DNA of 63,991 nucleotides, the filler included, from an uncultured bacterium (GTDB lineage Bacteria > CAZSTA01), in assembly GCA_964609495.1 (NCBI GenBank). It is 4 parts of 4 records of this genome, joined end to end, with 100 filler letters (N's around TTAATTAATTAA, not from the genome) between each part and the next. Parts side by side here need not be neighbours in the genome. Positions count along the whole stretch, not along the records: positions 54,891 to 63,991 come from CAZSTA010000152.1; 3 more parts are not named here. One strand, 5' to 3'. The position numbers and the translations under genes were made by a program. The first letter of the stretch is position 1. Every line of letters begins with the position of its first letter. The notes under the pieces were generated by a model, which worked only from the letters and a program-made list of their open reading frames with translations, was not told the DNA's origin and made no database searches. Shown piece by piece: positions 61,511 to 63,991 of this stretch.

Positions 61511-61599
61511 ATGGGAAGGAGGTGATAATTCAGGGAAGATACAAAGGTGATCGAGAGGTTAGGCCTATCAAAAAATCATTTCAAAAGGAGGAAAAAGAA

Positions 61600-63492
61600 G
61601 TGAAAAGGAACTTTACTATTGGTTTGGTAATTATGTTTATGCTTGTCTCAGTTCCCCTATTCGCGGCTGAGATGAAGTTCAACGAAGCTCCTATGTTAAA
61701 GGAACTAGTGGAGGCAGGTGAACTTCCTCCAGTGGAGGAGAGACTACCTGAGGAGCCCCTAGTGGTAGAACCAGTTGAGGAGATTGGACAATATGGAGGA
61801 ACAATTCGAACTCCCTGCGTATTGACTAATATAGCTGTAGATGTTGGATGGATGAATGTTGAATCGATGCTTCAGTTAGACTGTCAGGTGGTAGATGTAG
61901 TTCCCCAAATTGCTAAGGGTTGGGAGTTCTCGGAAGACAAAAAAACCTTTACCCTCTATCTGCGGAAAGGAATGAAGTGGTCCGATGGGCATCCCTATAC
62001 TGCTGACGATATTATGTTCTGGTGGGAGGATTTTACTTTAAATAAGGAACTCACCCCGATTTTGTGGACCGGGTGGGCTCCCGGCGGGAAAGCTATGAAG
62101 GTTGAGAAGGTAGATGATTACACGGTTCGGTTTCATTTTGCTGTACCTTACCTAAACTTCATCTACAGATTATTATCGAATCGCTCTCTTCCCAAGCATT
62201 ACTTGAAGAACTTTCATCCAGGATATGTTTCAAAAGAAGAATTAGACAAGTTAATGAAGGAAGAAGGTTACGATAACTGGTGGGAACTGTTCAATGCAAA
62301 AAACGATTGGGTAGAGAATATCGATCTCCCGGTTGTTAATGCCTGGAAGATGTCCAAGATAACTCCCGAGGCAGGGTTTTTAGAGCGAAATCCCTATTAT
62401 TGGAGGGTGGATACCGCTGGTAATCAGCTTCCTTATATCGATAAAGTAACGGGTCTGCGTATAATAGATAGGGAAGTAGCCAATATGAAGATAATAAGCG
62501 GTGAGGTAGATTATGCCTGTGCCGCTATGAAGCTGGAGGATTACCCTCTCTATATGGAAAGTAAAGAGAAGGGCGATTTTCGGGTTATGCTCTGGAAACT
62601 CCGTTTCCAGTCAGCCACTGGGTTTATGTTTAACTTGACTGACAATGACCCAGTTCTACGCGAGATCTTTCAAGATGTTAGATTCAGGAGAGCGATATCT
62701 TTGGCTATTAACCGGGAAGAAATTAACGAGGCTGTTTTCTTTGGGTTAGGTGTCCCTATGCAGTCAGCTATGCCTCCCGGTAGTCGCTTCTATGATCCGG
62801 AACTTGCTGAAGCTTATGCGGATTATGATCCTGAGGGAGCTAACAAGCTCTTAGACGAAATGGGGCTGACCGAGAGAGATGCAGATGGCTATCGTTTACG
62901 TCCAGACGGGGAGACTCTCATTATACATTTTGAGTGTACCGATATAGGTGCCGCCCGAGGGTTAATGAGTATATGGCCTATGGTGCAAGATTACTGGAAG
63001 GAGATTGGGGTCAAAACGGAAATAAAATTACACGAGCGCACCTTCTTTGACACTCGTTTAGCGGCGAATGAGGTATCGGCAACTATGTGGGGTATAACGG
63101 GCGTTGTAGATGCAGAGCTTTACACAACCGCTAGCTGGCTGGTGATCAGTAGTGAAAACTGGTGGAACAATAGCTGGTGGGGTCCCAAGTGGTATGATTG
63201 GTTTAACACTAAAGGAGAGACGGGCGAAGAACCAACAGAGGAGATTAAAAGACTTAATGAATTGTTCTACCGGATACAAGTCTCTCCCGATGAGGAAGAA
63301 AGAAATGAACTGATCAGAGAGATTCTGCGCTCCCAAGCCGAAAACCTTTGGATGATTGGGACTGTAGCGAATATTCCCCAGCCTATTGCAGTAAAAAATC
63401 ATCTGCGGAACTTTGCTGAGGAGTGTGCCTGGACCGTTTATGGTCATGGTTATATGGTTTCAAATCCGTGTCAGTGGTTCGTGCGACAGTGA
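61600..63492 (+). CDS. ABC transporter family-5 solute-binding protein 3
   Basis: GTG 61600 after AAGGAGG matches the paralogue starts; same SBP motifs. Confidence 0.9.
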   Translation: MKRNFTIGLVIMFMLVSVPLFAAEMKFNEAPMLKELVEAGELPPVEERLPEEPLVVEPVEEIGQYGGTIRTPCVLTNIAVDVGWMNVESMLQLDCQVVDVVPQIAKGWEFSEDKKTFTLYLRKGMKWSDGHPYTADDIMFWWEDFTLNKELTPILWTGWAPGGKAMKVEKVDDYTVRFHFAVPYLNFIYRLLSNRSLPKHYLKNFHPGYVSKEELDKLMKEEGYDNWWELFNAKNDWVENIDLPVVNAWKMSKITPEAGFLERNPYYWRVDTAGNQLPYIDKVTGLRIIDREVANMKIISGEVDYACAAMKLEDYPLYMESKEKGDFRVMLWKLRFQSATGFMFNLTDNDPVLREIFQDVRFRRAISLAINREEINEAVFFGLGVPMQSAMPPGSRFYDPELAEAYADYDPEGANKLLDEMGLTERDADGYRLRPDGETLIIHFECTDIGAARGLMSIWPMVQDYWKEIGVKTEIKLHERTFFDTRLAANEVSATMWGITGVVDAELYTTASWLVISSENWWNNSWWGPKWYDWFNTKGETGEEPTEEIKRLNELFYRIQVSPDEEERNELIREILRSQAENLWMIGTVANIPQPIAVKNHLRNFAEECAWTVYGHGYMVSNPCQWFVRQ

Positions 63493-63570
63493 GATCTTAA
63501 TTAACATAGAGGATCTCTAGTCGAAGCAAAAGACTAGAGATCCTCGTCTTTTAAGGTGAAGAAGTAGAAA

Positions 63571-63991
63571 ATGTTACATTATATTATCCGCCGACTTCTC
63601 TATATGGTAGTTATCTTGATATTGATATCTGTGGCTGCCTTTATCATTATTCAACTCCCTCCGGGTGATTATTTAAATTCCTATATAATGAAATTACGGG
63701 CAACTGGTCAGACTGCTACTGAAGCAGAAATCGCCTCCCTGAGAAAACAATATGGCTTGGATTTACCAATATATCAGCAATACTTCAAATGGATATGGAA
63801 GATGCTCCACGGAAATTTCGGAAGATCTTTTCAATGGAACAGACCGGTGAAGGAGTTAATAGGGGAAAGGTTAGCTCTAACAGTAATCATATCCCTTTTC
63901 ACCCTTGCTTTTGCCTATGTTGTGGCTATACCTATCGGGATTTACTCAGCTACCCATCAGTATTCTCCTGGTGATTACACCTTCACGGTTA
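63571..63991 (+). CDS. ABC transporter permease, DppB/OppB type, 3 (runs off window)
   Basis: MLHYIIRRLLYM...IIQLPPGDYL; paralogue of permeases 1 and 2. Confidence 0.88.
   Translation, partial: MLHYIIRRLLYMVVILILISVAAFIIIQLPPGDYLNSYIMKLRATGQTATEAEIASLRKQYGLDLPIYQQYFKWIWKMLHGNFGRSFQWNRPVKELIGERLALTVIISLFTLAFAYVVAIPIGIYSATHQYSPGDYTFTV

Noticed and set aside
61471-61599. 43-aa N-terminal extension of SBP3 in the ORF track
   Set aside because: Overlaps the duplicated leader; SD and paralogues support GTG 61600

Overview
Bacterial draft or metagenome-assembled sequence made of four unrelated contigs joined by 100-bp artificial N-TTAATTAATTAA-N linkers (18272-18371, 36539-36638, 54791-54890), plus one 10-N scaffold gap (58958-58967). 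Gene adjacency across the linkers is not real. Contig 1 (1-18271) holds the most unusual locus. It has an ECF sigma factor with a ~300-aa repeat insert, a soluble tandem zinc-finger anti-sigma factor, and a translationally coupled 1893-aa NLR-like protein (degenerate Ser/Thr kinase - intact Lon/S16 protease - dead NACHT - active STAND ATPase - TPR). These are flanked by secreted beta-propeller, C13-peptidase and surface-protein genes, and four copies of one ECF-type promoter motif (TGTAAG-N16-wwTTCT) lie in the locus. Contig 2 carries housekeeping and envelope genes, a circularly permuted ATP-grasp protein, a frameshifted PIN toxin, a pseudo-WecA/TagO-TagA fusion and a class II ribonucleotide reductase with a mini-intein. 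Contig 3 carries the 3' part of an rRNA operon whose 23S has a group I intron (L1923) encoding a LAGLIDADG endonuclease, a sugar-catabolism cluster, and a c-di-GMP-II riboswitch ahead of a chimeric secreted glycoside hydrolase. Contig 4 is a tandem array of family-5 solute-binding protein + single permease units with duplicated promoters. All calls come from motif reading by eye; no database searches were run.
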